From Trichoplax adhaerens (lineage: Eukaryota; Animalia; Placozoa): a stretch of DNA of 64,000 bases. Position numbers and translations under genes: made by a program. Below, piece after piece: positions 27,040-39,700 of this stretch. The stretch spans positions 321,872-385,871 of the forward strand of contig NW_002060945.1 in assembly GCF_000150275.1 (NCBI RefSeq), read 5' to 3'. The notes beneath the pieces are model-generated. The model did not search any database. It worked only from the letters and a program-made list of their open reading frames with translations, and was not told the DNA's origin. Within the stretch, counting starts at the first letter, position 1; each line of letters starts with the position of its first letter.

Positions 27040-27730
27040 AAAGTAGGAGAGCATTCAAAATCGTAACACTTGTAATACCCTTTAGGTTAAGAAAATGCAA
27101 GAAATTTAACTAGTTATAGAGCGTAAAAAAGTCACTGTACGCTGTTCTTTTAGTGTGACTTACAGTCCGGTATACTTTGCAGTGCTACACTGTGAGAAGC
27201 ACCTTACATAAAAAGACGGAGCGATTATACCGTTATATGTAGAGTGAGTTTCTACTTTATAATGAATGAGATCCTTCTGTTGCAGGTTTTCGTTTTATGG
27301 AGTAGAATAGCATTCAATATTATTAATCTATTAACGCCCATAATGCCGTAGGAGAGAAGGTACAGAAGTAACGCCTTTACGCTGTTGATGCCGAGCGGGT
27401 TTCTGCTCTACTAAATGCTGAATGAAATCCTTTCCTTGTAGGACCTCATTTCAAGGAGTAGAACTATATCTTAAGGGTACAATGTTACGGAGAGAAGATG
27501 TAGAAAGTAAATCTTCCGCTGTTTAAGGCAGAGCAAGCTTGTACTTTATGATGAATGATTTTCTTTATTACATGCTTCATTTGTAGAGTAGAACTATGTA
27601 ACAGAGCGTATAAGATAAAATAAGTGATTAGACGCGCCTCATTCGCTGTTATAGAAGAGAACAGTTGTGAATATTTTACCAGTGTTTCGAATGTTAACAG
27701 TTCACTTGCGCGAAATAGAACTATCTGAGA
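27040..27730. repeat. Diverged tandem array, about 130-155 bp units (4-5 copies)
   Basis: Anchors AGTAGAA(C)TA at 27301, 27457, 27587 and 27714 (plus AGTAGGAGAGCATTCAA at 27042). CGCTGTT at 27140, 27380, 27517 and 27644. A TGAATGA block recurs in three units. Confidence 0.75.
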
Positions 27731-28185
27731 TTATACTAGTTAAGAATATATATCTAATCATATGTTTGACTTGGGTAATAATGAAGATTAATTTGCAATA
27801 TTACTTAATAGTAATAAAGATAACGATAATTGAATTTTGATGGTGTATGCTTAATTTCAAACAAAATTATGAATTTATGGTTATCTTGCAATCATAGCTA
27901 AATACCCATATAATGATTACCTAGTTTGAAATAACAGCATAATAATTCATTTTAATAAGAACAGCATTATTTCGAAATTAAAAGCTGTAGATAAAAGAGT
28001 TCATTCCTTTGAGTAATCACACACAAATAAATTTACAGCTAAACGTGAATTACATGATATCAATTCATTGAATTTCCATACATTCAATACTCTATCTCTC
28101 CCAAAAAATCATGATCTACTGTTGGGTTGTGGCTTAGATCTTTCTAACATGACTATACATACTTAAAAAAGTTTAACCATTACTT

Positions 28186-29187
28186 CTAAAATTTGCCAAC
28201 TTGGCTTGGTACTTCGTAATCACCTTCGTCGTTGTAGCAGCTTCCTTGCATAAATATTTCTTCATAAATATTCAACGGATCTCTATCACTTTCATCCAGA
28301 GTGCTTCTCCTGAAATTATCAAAACTTTGCCTGAAACTTGATACGCTATATCGAACAAATGATGGGATAGAATTATGTCGACGGCGATTTGAAGATGATA
28401 AAGTCATGGTGTCGTCACGTCGTAAATAGATTTTATACAGCTGGTTTAAGGCGATGACTACGAGAGTTGCAAGAAGAAAGCCTATAAGGATTATTATGAT
28501 GGTTTCTTCATCGCTTAACGGGAGTGATAGTTCGCAATGCTCACCAGTAAAACCCGACAAACAGAAACATCTCATTTCTCCGTTAAAGCTTGAACAACCG
28601 GCACCATTACGACAGCTACATTTACTTGTATCGAAGAGTGATTTGTTGACCATAACTCCAATATCTATTTTCCAAATGAACAACAATAACAACAAGCAGC
28701 TGAGAGGAAAAATTGCGAGATTCTTAAAAGATCATCAACTGAGCGAGGAGACGTTCTTCGCTATTGATTCCGTGCTGATGATTACTAGTCGTTCATTGAC
28801 ATTAAATAAGATACTTGGGTAATAATAGTAATGATGATAATAATTTTGTAATGTCATTCTCAATATATTTTACGCTGATTTTATGATCGAGAGATCAAAC
28901 GCTGGAATTTGATTTTCTAGTCATATTTAGCTGTGCAGTACACGGAAGGCTGATCAATAGTTAACCGATAATTATAGTACACAGGAAAATTTGTCGTATA
29001 TAGGAAAGTTGGCAGCAGGAATATCCGTATTTAGCTCGATTAAGGTATTAATTCATTCTTCGGTATATACAGTACAATCGCTCTATATAAAACAGATAAC
29101 TATCCCCCAAAAGCCATCTTGGCACTTTATGCTGAGACATTGACCGTATCGTTATATTACTAATTGTAAGCGCATTGAATACCCCAT
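28186..29187 (-). CDS. Single EGF-like domain, single-pass transmembrane protein with a tyrosine-motif cytoplasmic tail
   Basis: The main exon (28664-28186) encodes CSCRNGAGCSSFNGEMRCFCLSGFTGEHCE (six-Cys EGF), TM IIIILIGFLLATLVVIAL, basic stop-transfer KIYLRR, and a tail with NIYEEI and DYEVP. The tentative upstream exons are phase-compatible: 29187-29183 (GCCGCC-ATG GG/gt) and 28813-28740. The 5' structure is uncertain. Confidence 0.75.
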
Positions 29188-30609
29188 GGCGGCAGATTTA
29201 TGTATTTAGGAGTAGATCACATACTGTATTGTCCGATAATTCATAGCCTCAATTAGTCGCGATGATATTATGCCTATTAAGGTCCCGTTATATTTAAATA
29301 TCCTATATGGACGCTTAATATTGGTCATTACAGTCCTAGAATTTTAATATTAAGCAAGGGAATAGAAGCAGAACTCGCAAAAATAATTAGGGAGATATGT
29401 AATTCTGAAGTTTACTTTTTACTAGCTCTACTGCCGGGTGCTTCAATACCTGTTTAGGCAATCTTCGCTACGGTAATAAAACGTTTTAAAATGAAATCTA
29501 GAATTTTATCCCAGACCACTAGCCCCTATTTTTACAGGTCCGCCTAATACGTTATATAAATTCATTGATTCGCGAAATACTGTACTATACTATATATATA
29601 TATAAGTTATAGCGCAGCATATTGTCGCTATGTAATGTAGTAATAGATCCGTTTCAACGGCACATACTACATAAACTGTGTACTTATAACCACAGTTATT
29701 ACTACAGATGATATAACTTAGTACATTCTACTTTAAGACAGAGAAATCTCTCAAAATAACGAAAGGCTACAAATCTTTCCGTTTAGGTTTAGATTAAAGT
29801 TCTCGTATCTCCGGATTCTACTGTGTCAAGGACTGTATAAACTATGTAAATGACCATAAGTGAAGTGGAGTATACTGTAGACTAAGTGATGGAGAGACAC
29901 ACAGCTCAATTATAATTTAATAATTATAATCAGACTCCAAGAATGATGCCAATACTCATGAAGAATTTTATTATCCAAAATATCTTAAACCGGCAATGCT
30001 GAATGTTGTTTATATTTTAGCAAGCAATACAAGTTATCACCCGCATAATTTATAAATATATAATAAAATCGATTGATGTGAAAGTTCTACGTGTATAGCT
30101 ATCCTTCAGCAATTTGCAAAATTGGTAAATAATTCTAATTTCTAAAGCAGTAATGATAATTATTGCATCATCATTGCCTTCAAAAAGCTTTACAACCAAG
30201 ACTCTTTAACATTACAAGGCAACTTATAACCTTAAAAGGTAAAACTACACTCTATGCTTTGTACTGCGATACTGTAGCTGCTGAAGCAAGACAGAGAAGA
30301 AAAATATAATAACATTACTTATATAGAATGCGTCAAGCATACAATTTTAACTCGTAAATTATGGCATATTTTACAGACAATACAGAATGTTGAATTTTCA
30401 TAAAATTACATACATAGTACATGTAGAATCTTCTTGTAAATATATGTACAGGAGTTTAGAAGAATAAGTGACTTATTACTCCTCTACTTTAACGAGATAG
30501 ATCTTAAATCGAACCATTTATCATATTGCTATAACATGCAGAAACATTAATTTTAAAAGAGTGTAATTATTGGATGAGAACGTACAGTAAAAACAACATA
30601 CCATAAAAT

Positions 30610-32312
30610 TCATTTAAAGTTTGAATTTTTCGCCGGTTTTTTCAATGTTTCAATTACACTGCGACACATAACACATCGTAATGGTAGATTTCTTTGCGCC
30701 ACTGCCACTTGAATAGTTTTGATAAAGCAACGCCTACACAAGTAATTGTGACCACATGGATATGTCGTAGTACTTGCTTTAGCCACTGTACACGCCACAC
30801 ACTACAGTATCGATGAGAAGATAAAACAATCATATTATGCCACAAATCTGTGAAAACATTCGAAAAATTTTATCTGAAATTGCTGAAGGATAAAAAACAG
30901 TAATGTACATGCAAAACAATTGGTATAATCAAGAACTTTGAGTAGCAATGGAGTGGTAATTTTGAGTTATTGTTTTATTAAATTTAGCTCGCTGACTAAA
31001 TGCATAATTCTACTATGTTGGACATTTTGTCTACCTCCTACTGTACAACAATCACTTTCCTGAAATATAATCAGGTAGGGTTTCAACCCTAATAAGATTC
31101 AAGAGCGTGAAGTATATCGAGTAAATACGTGCATGACGAAACAAGCTGGGATTAGAATTCCATGTTTACTACCTTGCCGATCCACTCTATTTGTATTTTT
31201 ACTAGAGCCGATAGTAATATACTGTATGTACCGGCATATATGTTTTCTTCAATCAAAATCGAAGCAGAATTTGTAAATACACACTTAAAGGCAATCAATT
31301 AAAAAATTATCTTGGTAGGTAAAGGCATAAACTATATTATTTGCTACAACAAAATGATCGATATACTGCAGTTTTTAGGAAAGATTTGTCCATTGCTGTC
31401 AACTGTGCGTTTCCATTACATAGATTGATTGATTATTGGAGATGATTAGAATAAATTTTAAAATTTAGCAAGTATAAATTAATTTACCTCCTGATCATGA
31501 GAGTCAGATACAATCTCATTTTCGTGGGCTTCCAGCGCAACTAATAGCTTATCCTATGAGAGAGTAAAATTAAACAGAAAAAGATGTTTGACTTAACAAC
31601 TGACTTCTTCCTACTCGTAGTTACGTACAATTTTGCATAAGAAATTAAACGTAAGCCCTCATTCGGCTTCAATTTGCAAGTCAACAAGACTACAGATATT
31701 CAACACATGTTCACATAGGAATTCAACATTAGTCACACGGAAGATCTGCTTACACTAAGAAGAGCCTACTACATTGAAACTGCATGTCAATGATACCATC
31801 TCGTTCGTTATTTTTATCATCATTGATAGTTTAAAAGCAACTAAGAACCTGTAGGTTGCAATACAACTGGTTTAAAATGAAGAATGTTACTAGAATAGCC
31901 AGCCATTCAAATTATTATAATTGAAGGCAGTAGAGTAGAGTAGTGTGATGACGGTAATAATTATAATGGATCGTCGTTATTGCATCATTACCGTAACTAG
32001 GTATTGGGTGAAAGTACGACCTAGGGTTACTCTCATTTTGATCATTAAAGCAATACAATGGAAGAAAGCCGATGACATATTGATTGGATTACGTTACGAC
32101 CAACTTTAACATGTCCAATTTCTTGATAGTCGTCATTACTATCGTCTATTTTATGAACTACTACTTACAATTTTCTCGTTTATTGCAGTGAAGTCGTTTT
32201 CGCTGGCACATTTTCGCTTATGCGAATAGACTATGGTTCTGTGGCGATTGACAGCATACAATCCGATGATATTAGCAGCTGCTAATCCAATAAATGCGTT
32301 CACAACGTCCAT
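30610..32312 (-). CDS. Small C3HC4 RING finger protein with a hydrophobic N-terminus (putative E3 ligase)
   Basis: The last exon after a tgtag acceptor encodes CVAC-x11-CGH-x3-CRRC-x17-CVMC. Probable first coding exon 32312-32169 (MDVVNAFIGLAAANIIGLYAVNRHRTIVYSHKRKC..INEKI/gtaagt), then exon 31553-31488 (DKLLVALEAHENEIVSDSHDQE). Internal exons at about 31000-31250 are not resolved. Confidence 0.75.
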
Positions 32313-32588
32313 TTGAGCAAGATTATAGAGGATACAGTGGACTCATAACAATATTGGATAGATTAAATGATAATTCAGCAAGTATTTGATCCAACGCTCT
32401 CACCCTGCACCAATTTCTGCAACGATCAATAACCACTAGTACAACAATAACAAACCCCTTTTGGGTGGTCTTGCAAGCAATATTGCACCGGTACCGTTGC
32501 CGCATACCTCACTGGCGAGTCTTATGACTCTCATTCTACCGTATCATTTTTGTTGTTTCTTTAACCTCCACTATGGCTAGATGTCAAT

Positions 32589-33153
32589 GTACTGTAGAGT
32601 ACTGTACTGTACTGTACTGTACAGTACGCTATGGTACAGTACATTTTTCTTTCCTCGTCGAGAAAAAGACTGTGCAGTACGGGGCAATCATGGACTACTG
32701 TACAGACGTACAGCGTACAATACTAGAAATTACTAGTAGTGATTTCTAGCAGTCTATGGTACATACTGCAGGACGTACAGAAGTATGGAAGTAATCTCTA
32801 TGATTTCGGCTTTTGTGTTATAGTCACTTAATATACTGTAGAGATGCAACAGAGAATCCAAGTGCTACTCGGAGTTTGGACAGTTCATAAAAGTTCACTG
32901 TTGGTGAAACAGTGAAGCCATGGTTCAATTCTCCTTAGTATTCCGTAAACGGGCCCAAAATGGACTACGTTCAAGGTCCAAATTATGATTGCCGTTGCGT
33001 CCAAACTTTGATGATAGCAACTGGGAGTACAGTTCAAGTCCAATCCAGTGCTCGCGATACTGTACAGTACACTGTAGAGTATCGTACTGTACAGTATAGT
33101 ACTTCGCTTGTTCTTTCTGTACAGTACTGTACAGTGTACTGTACAGTACAGCA
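32589..33153. repeat. (TACTG/CAGTA)n palindromic pentamer clusters upstream of the RING gene
   Basis: (TACTG)4-TACAGTA at 32600-32626. A second cluster at 33058-33153 has repeated TACTGTACAGTA palindromes. Confidence 0.85.
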
Positions 33154-34160
33154 GTGTTTCTACTCCTCAAGCAGCTCAAATTCGATGGAATTTCCTCGGG
33201 TTTTGCTAATCATCAAATCATATTAATGCGATTGTACTTGTGTCACGCGGTTATTAACTTAAAATTGCATTACATTCCGTGAAATTCCACGGGTTTCGCT
33301 ACTAATTATTATTATGGTAAAATTCTACCTAGTAAACAAAGCACGCAAAGTATCACGAGCACCGGATTCAACTAATACAGACAAAATGATGAATTTTATT
33401 GAGTTGCAATACAGTATAAATGGAAATTTAATTCCAGTATAAACGTTTATAGTATTATTTACTGAACTCACTCACACATCATAATGCGCGAAGTGTCAGT
33501 AAGACTAACTAAATTTGATGAGACTCACAAGCATTCTATTAATGCTATGATTAATACGCACGCGACGCATAGTAGCATTTAAGAGAACACTGTTGTATTC
33601 TACCTAAACGTAGCAGTCTATGCTAGTTACAAAATGTACATTACACTGAACATGTCTGCCTAAAGGATTTACTTCCTAATACGCTTATATACCTATAGGG
33701 CTCAAAAAATTTAGCATTTACGGCTATATTATCGCACAGCAGTGTTTTGCATTTTCCTCCTTATTCACTCCGAAATCCGAAAACACTGTCACACAATAAC
33801 CACAAGTACGGATTTGTCGCATAGCTAACAAGTACAACTTGTCAAATCTGAAGTGAATAGTGCATAGAGTAGAGTACCGCACGTTTTTATCTACCCACAT
33901 CAAATGCCTTTTACACTTCCTTAGTTTTAGAATTTACTTGAATTAATTAAGGACGTTAGTTCCGAAGATCGAAATGTATCATTTCACAAACGAGAAATAG
34001 TTTGTAAGAAAGTTTATAGAGGTATCTCTGTTACAAGTTGCATCAGCCTGTATCATGTAATTAAGATAATCCACAAATGTATAATTTAGAAATACTGGGC
34101 TGGTGTATACGTATATATATAAAACATATTTTTACAGGAAGTGACTACTGGTAGTTTAAT

Positions 34161-35437
34161 TTATACCGTAGCAGCATTTCGTAATCTTAAATAGCCTTGG
34201 ACGATATCCCAAGGCAAAGTCCTGATTGTCTTAAATTCATCCGATGTAGAGTATCTAATTTTCGTCTGAGGGTCTGTATATTTAGCCTATAAGTTAAGTA
34301 GAGAAAGATATTTATACAGTATTGGTTGTATTAGTACAACTTTACAAATTGAATGGATGCTTTATGATCATCTAATCACCAATGAAGTAATATGAATAAA
34401 CTTACAATTGTTCCACTAATATCAGAGTACTTCTTTGGAGGGAGGAAAGCACCTGGTGCATCGATACTATTATCTTTGGAAATTTTTAGCAAACTTACAA
34501 TCAATCAAAGGATAATGCATAGGTGGTTTAAGTTGAATAGTACAGTAAAGAGTTTTTGGTTATCAACGATATCTTACAAGTTGGGTCATATGGTTTCCAA
34601 GACAACGATCTTTCTATCGCTATTATCTGCTTAAGATTTTTCCATGTTCTTCTACGGTTAATGTAATAGCCACCAGTCTAATGGAAGATCAAATAACATG
34701 CATTTTACTATTAAATACAAAGTTTATGAAATTACATTGAACACGCCATGTTACTTTTGCGTACAACGCATATTGTATTGCGATGACTATACAGTATACC
34801 GTGTAATACAACGGATATTTCAAAATGTCAACTGCACAGTATACGTAAAACTACATTATGTTCACTTGTTCAGTGTCTGTCAGTGAAATAGCAATAATCG
34901 TATGCATAGGAAAAGCAATGGAAACGAACATTGAATAAAGTAAGAAAGAAATATCTTACGGTGTACTTTGCATCCTTGAAAGTGATACGACTTTTACCAG
35001 AGGCCGTTGGAGATAATTTACTATCTTCTTGACTTAAAGTCTTCTTGCTCTCGGTGTCCAGATCACCATCGTCATTCACTTTCGTTGCGCTTTCCACTGC
35101 GAGTAAATGTTCATGGCTCGTTTCTTTGGTTGCGCTAGCCGATTTTTTATCGACAGTCAGCTCGTCCGTTATATCCTACGTGATGATTAATGATGAAAGT
35201 CTTACACAATTTGCTCTATTATTCATAAAATAAAATAATTTCAAATAATAAGGTGACTATACAGTATTGGTAATGCATGAAGTGTAAAAGTGCTATACGA
35301 GTACAGTATTGATTGATTCTCATAAAATGGCTAAAAACATGAAAACTAACGGTAGATATCTTCCTTTTTTTATCAGCAGGAGAGTCTGGTGGGCTATTCG
35401 AAGTGAGTGATTTATGTCGTTTGTTTCTTGTCGACAT
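34161..35437 (-). CDS. INO80C: INO80 complex subunit C (Ies6), 5 exons
   Basis: Spliced product MSTRNKRHK..KKRKIST..TFKDAKYT/TGG..RRRTWKNLKQIIAIERSLSWKPYDPT/YNSIDAPGAFLPPKKYSDISGTI/AKYTDPQTKIRYSTSDEF..LPWDIVQGYLRLRNA, which is the YL1_C domain signature of Ies6. Confidence 0.93.
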
Positions 35438-35574
35438 GTTGCATGGTGCAGTGTTATTCAATTAATTTCTTTCAATGCACTATTAGCTCACTATAACCAA
35501 TGCTACTCTATATTGCATTGCAGCAATGCTCAAGATTTTGCTACTGATTCAAGTAAAGCCGGTGTCAGAGCAGT

Positions 35575-36452
35575 TACTGTACTGTACACTGTAGTCTACA
35601 GTACAGTACTGTACAGTATCGTACTTCGTACTGTACAGCATACCGTACTGTACAGTGTACAGTATAGTGTAGTACAGTGTACAGTACTACAGTATATAGT
35701 ACTGTACGTACCAATGCAACCAATGTTCTGATTTTCCCATCCCAGGGACTACGGTACTAAAAGAGGCAAGTCTCTATCATGGTAAACTAATTGAGGGCCT
35801 ATTATTTTTCTGGTCATTCTAATACTGTATACGCTACCACTGAATCTGTATACTACGGTACACTGTACAAATCAAACAAGCAGCTCACTTTTAGATGACA
35901 ATCATAGACAGTATATTGCATCGTTTCAGTTGGAATGACCAGCAAAATCGTTGGCCCCGATATTTTAGTACTGTACTGTACACCCAACGACCGTTTCCTG
36001 TCTCTTCTCTTCACGCGGACTTCTAGCTAGTACTGTACTCTACAGTATTGTAAAGTAGAGAACCTGGTGTAGAAGATTGTACACATGTTCTGTACTGTAC
36101 TGTACACAATCAGCGACTTCTCAATGATTAATCATGCCCCCCCAAAATCGTCCAATTTCAAAATCATAATAGAGAGAGAGGGACTGGAAAAGAGCTTGCA
36201 GTGCAAACAATGTGGAGGCCGATCCTGTTAGATCAATTGTTACCATACTGTTCGTAGTACAGTACTCTAACTGTATCAAAATGAATACTGTACAGTACAG
36301 TACATACTGTCCAACGGTATCCAATAGTGACAGTACATAGTACTGGCTATATTGACAGTATTTCAGGTTTGGCGTACAGTACTGTACTGTACAGTACAGT
36401 ACATTGTACAATGTACAGTGTACAGTACACGATTCGTACAGTACACTGTACC
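35575..36452. promoter_or_regulatory. Bidirectional INO80C/SF3B1 promoter region with dense (TACTG/CAGTA)n arrays
   Basis: The divergent ATGs at 35437 (-) and 36729 (+) are 1.3 kb apart. Two dense arrays lie at 35575-35710 and 36250-36452, with scattered copies between. Confidence 0.7.
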
Positions 36453-36728
36453 GTACCTTCACAACGTCATGCTAACGTTGGGAAGGCCGTGGATGAACGT
36501 TTTCACTAGCATCACCTGACGGTCTCTTACCGGTCTTCTGTGATCAAAGCTGTGAGTGTGACAGGAAGGCACCGTGCGCTACTTTGGTTTAAAGCACTTG
36601 AAATCAGCTCTGACATCAGAACGGTTTTTCTATCTTTACTAGACGACTGAGTACTGTATTGCGCACTACAGTAGTACGCAGTCAGTGCATGCTCTCTTGT
36701 TTTACATAAAGCAAAGCTGCAGTTCAAG

Positions 36729-39700
36729 ATGGCTTCCGTCGGAGGTAAGAAGATTATTTTTCCATGCCGAAACTAGTGTTAATCCATATTAAGTGGACTA
36801 TCTCCTTTCTTCCAACTTTAAACATGTTATATACAGCGATATCTTTATTCTACAAAGTATTATTGATGTATTTCTCTTTTGTATTTGGGAGTTCAACTGG
36901 AGAAGTTGATATAACGTCGTTGACGATGTACCAACAGAGACATCAACAGTGACTCAACACTATCTTTGTATGAGATTCTACATATTGCAACATAACATTT
37001 CATGTCGACCTTGGAAAATTAACGCCATGAACAACTAGTTTACTTATCCGATCATAATTACTGTGCTAACTTTAGGAAATGCAATGTAGTATAAACAACC
37101 TTTACGTTCGTTGCATCGACTTACTGTACTGTAGATTGAATTTGGTGTGACTTTTTACCAATACGGTACAGGTACTACAAGATAGCAAGCATGCATTCCC
37201 ATCTGATGGAATTACTACAATATTGGGGGGGGTCGTTTCAGCGCGGCATTAGCCTTATTGAGACGACTGCTTTCCAGTCTAAGATTGTCAGGCTTGATGA
37301 GTAAAACATGAACTGTTTTATTCAAGCTTGCAAAATTACGCTTTGATGATCTTCGTAGCTAAGGTTAAAATTATGAACAGTTTTCATAGTGATCACAGGG
37401 GGAAGCACTGTGCGTATCTTTCCATTGGTGCAGTAGAATTACGTTCATCATACACAGAATGGCGTAGTAGTCACACGCATACTACAAGCACTGCAGCAAG
37501 TGGTCTATACTCTATCAATGTCTACACTGTTACAAAATCCACTTTTCATGTTAACTCTGGAATACTTACTGCTGCCAAATATCGATAATTTAGACCGTAA
37601 TGACATCTAACTGAAAATTCGTCATGTCAAACTTTTTAGACATCGAAAAGCAAATCGAAGATTTACAGCGCAATAGGTCCAATTTGAATGAGAAGGAAGA
37701 AAAAGTAAGTCTCCTTGCTGTAGTGAAGTGATATCCTTAATTGCTAATGATCGATATTACAATAGTTTCGTTGTAACCACTGGGATTACTTAGTTCGATT
37801 ACAGTACAGTAGAATGTTAACGTGATGTTAAATCAGCAGATTGATGGCCGTTTCCGTGATATCAATCTGTTTCCAAATTTAAATGTTATTCATTTAAAGT
37901 TGTAATAAATTTCATTTTAGGTTGGCTTAGGATCAAAGGGTCACTTCGACAAGGACATCTATGGTGATTCCAGTACCAAGTAAGACGATTATATGCTGCG
38001 CCATTCGTGTATAATATTGTACAGCCCATTAGACAGGCAATTGCTTGTTTGTCTATTTGTAATTAGTTATGCCTACATATTATTGTATATGCTGAAATTT
38101 ATAACAGCGCTATATGAGTTAGTCAAACATTTAAATTTATGCTTTTAATAACTTAATCTATACATCTTATTGCAGGACTGGCTACGTAACATCTCTTCCG
38201 TTAAATGAGGCCGAAGAGGTAATGTTGTCATCGTTTTATTATTGCAATATTGTATAAATAATCGTTAACAGTCTATCATATCTTAAATATTGAATTACTG
38301 TGCTATTGCTATAGGACGAAGATGACTATTCCGTGTCTAATACCCTTAATAAAAGAGCAACATACTCTGCTCCACAAGCGCTTCTTAATGACGTCCCAAT
38401 GCAAGATAAGGTTTATAATTGATAAACGTTGTAATTTGTACAATACTTATGTCATCTGCTGTGTAGATGTATAGAAAGTGTAGAGGCACACGTTTCAATA
38501 TAGAATTAATGCTAATGTTTTGAATACTTAGGACTACGATCCTTTAGCTGAATATCGTCACTCTCGTGTTGCTGATCGTGACGATGAATATCGTGCTAGA
38601 AGACGAAATTTGATAATTTCTCCCGAACGACATGATCCCTTTGCAGATGGTTTGCTATTCCTATTTTTGGGGATTTTTTTACTTGTATTGAATGAATATT
38701 TTAAGAATCTATTGTAATTCATATTATCTCATTGTACTGTGATCATGTAGGAGGGAAAACTCCAGATCCTAAAGCTAGGACCTACATTGATATTATGCAA
38801 GAGCAAGGTTTAAAGAAAGAAGAAGTATGATTCTTTTGGATAGTTACGTTATATTATTTTTTTCTGTTAATCATGAAACTGTATTATGTAGGCTGAGATA
38901 ATCAAGAAAATTCATGACAATCAAGAGACTGCTCCAGGCGCCCAAGTAAATGGTAGCGCTAAAGCAGGTACGGACTAATCAGATTTTATTTTTAATGATC
39001 TTTTTCTACGCAGTAAAGTTATAGTAACTGTTTTGTCCGATAATACCTTTAGAGAAACGGAAGCGACGTTGGGATCAACCGGCTACGGAAACTACACCTA
39101 CAGCCAAGAAAACGTCCTGGGAACAAGCTGAAGTAAGAATTTTTAGAATTAGATTGACTATATACTGCCTTTCTATAAATGTAATGTTTATCATATATAA
39201 TGACTCTGATATTTATCATGTATATTATTTAGACACCCTCTGTTAGCCGATGGGATGAGACTCCAGCTAGGTCGAAAGGTGGCGAAACTCCTTCCGTCAG
39301 GGTGTGGGATGCTACACCAACTCACACCGCTCCTGGAGCCGCGACTCCTGGTTCTGTATCAGGTAAATTATAGTTCTTGTTCAACTCTGCGCATCACGCG
39401 TTACAAATTGAAACACTTACTCTAATAGGGCTTAATAATAATAATAATAATGAATTTTTAATTTTTCGAAAGCACGTAAGCGTAATAGATGGGACGAAAC
39501 GCCTAAAGCAGATCAAGGTTGATAAGATATACACTTTACAACTTATACTTTGTGGCTTATTAATATAAATATTTTTTGCCATTCTCACGTCTACTATTCT
39601 TACCTACAAAGTAACGGGAGAAACTCCTGGTCATGGCAGCAGTGCATGGGCGGAAACACCAGGAATTGATCGCTCTTCTGGTGAGCCAATAGGCGACACG

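Noticed and set aside
28454-28822. 122-aa plus-strand ORF overlapping the EGF-TM gene
   Set aside because: It is antisense to a clear EGF/TM coding exon and has no motif of its own.
32925-36509. ORFs rich in Y/S/T/V/C/Q (32925-33179, 32960-33226, 35414-35731, 36121-36462, 36327-36509; also 54558-54773)
   Set aside because: These are translations of the TACTG/CAGTA arrays, which are stop-poor. There is no domain or splice support.
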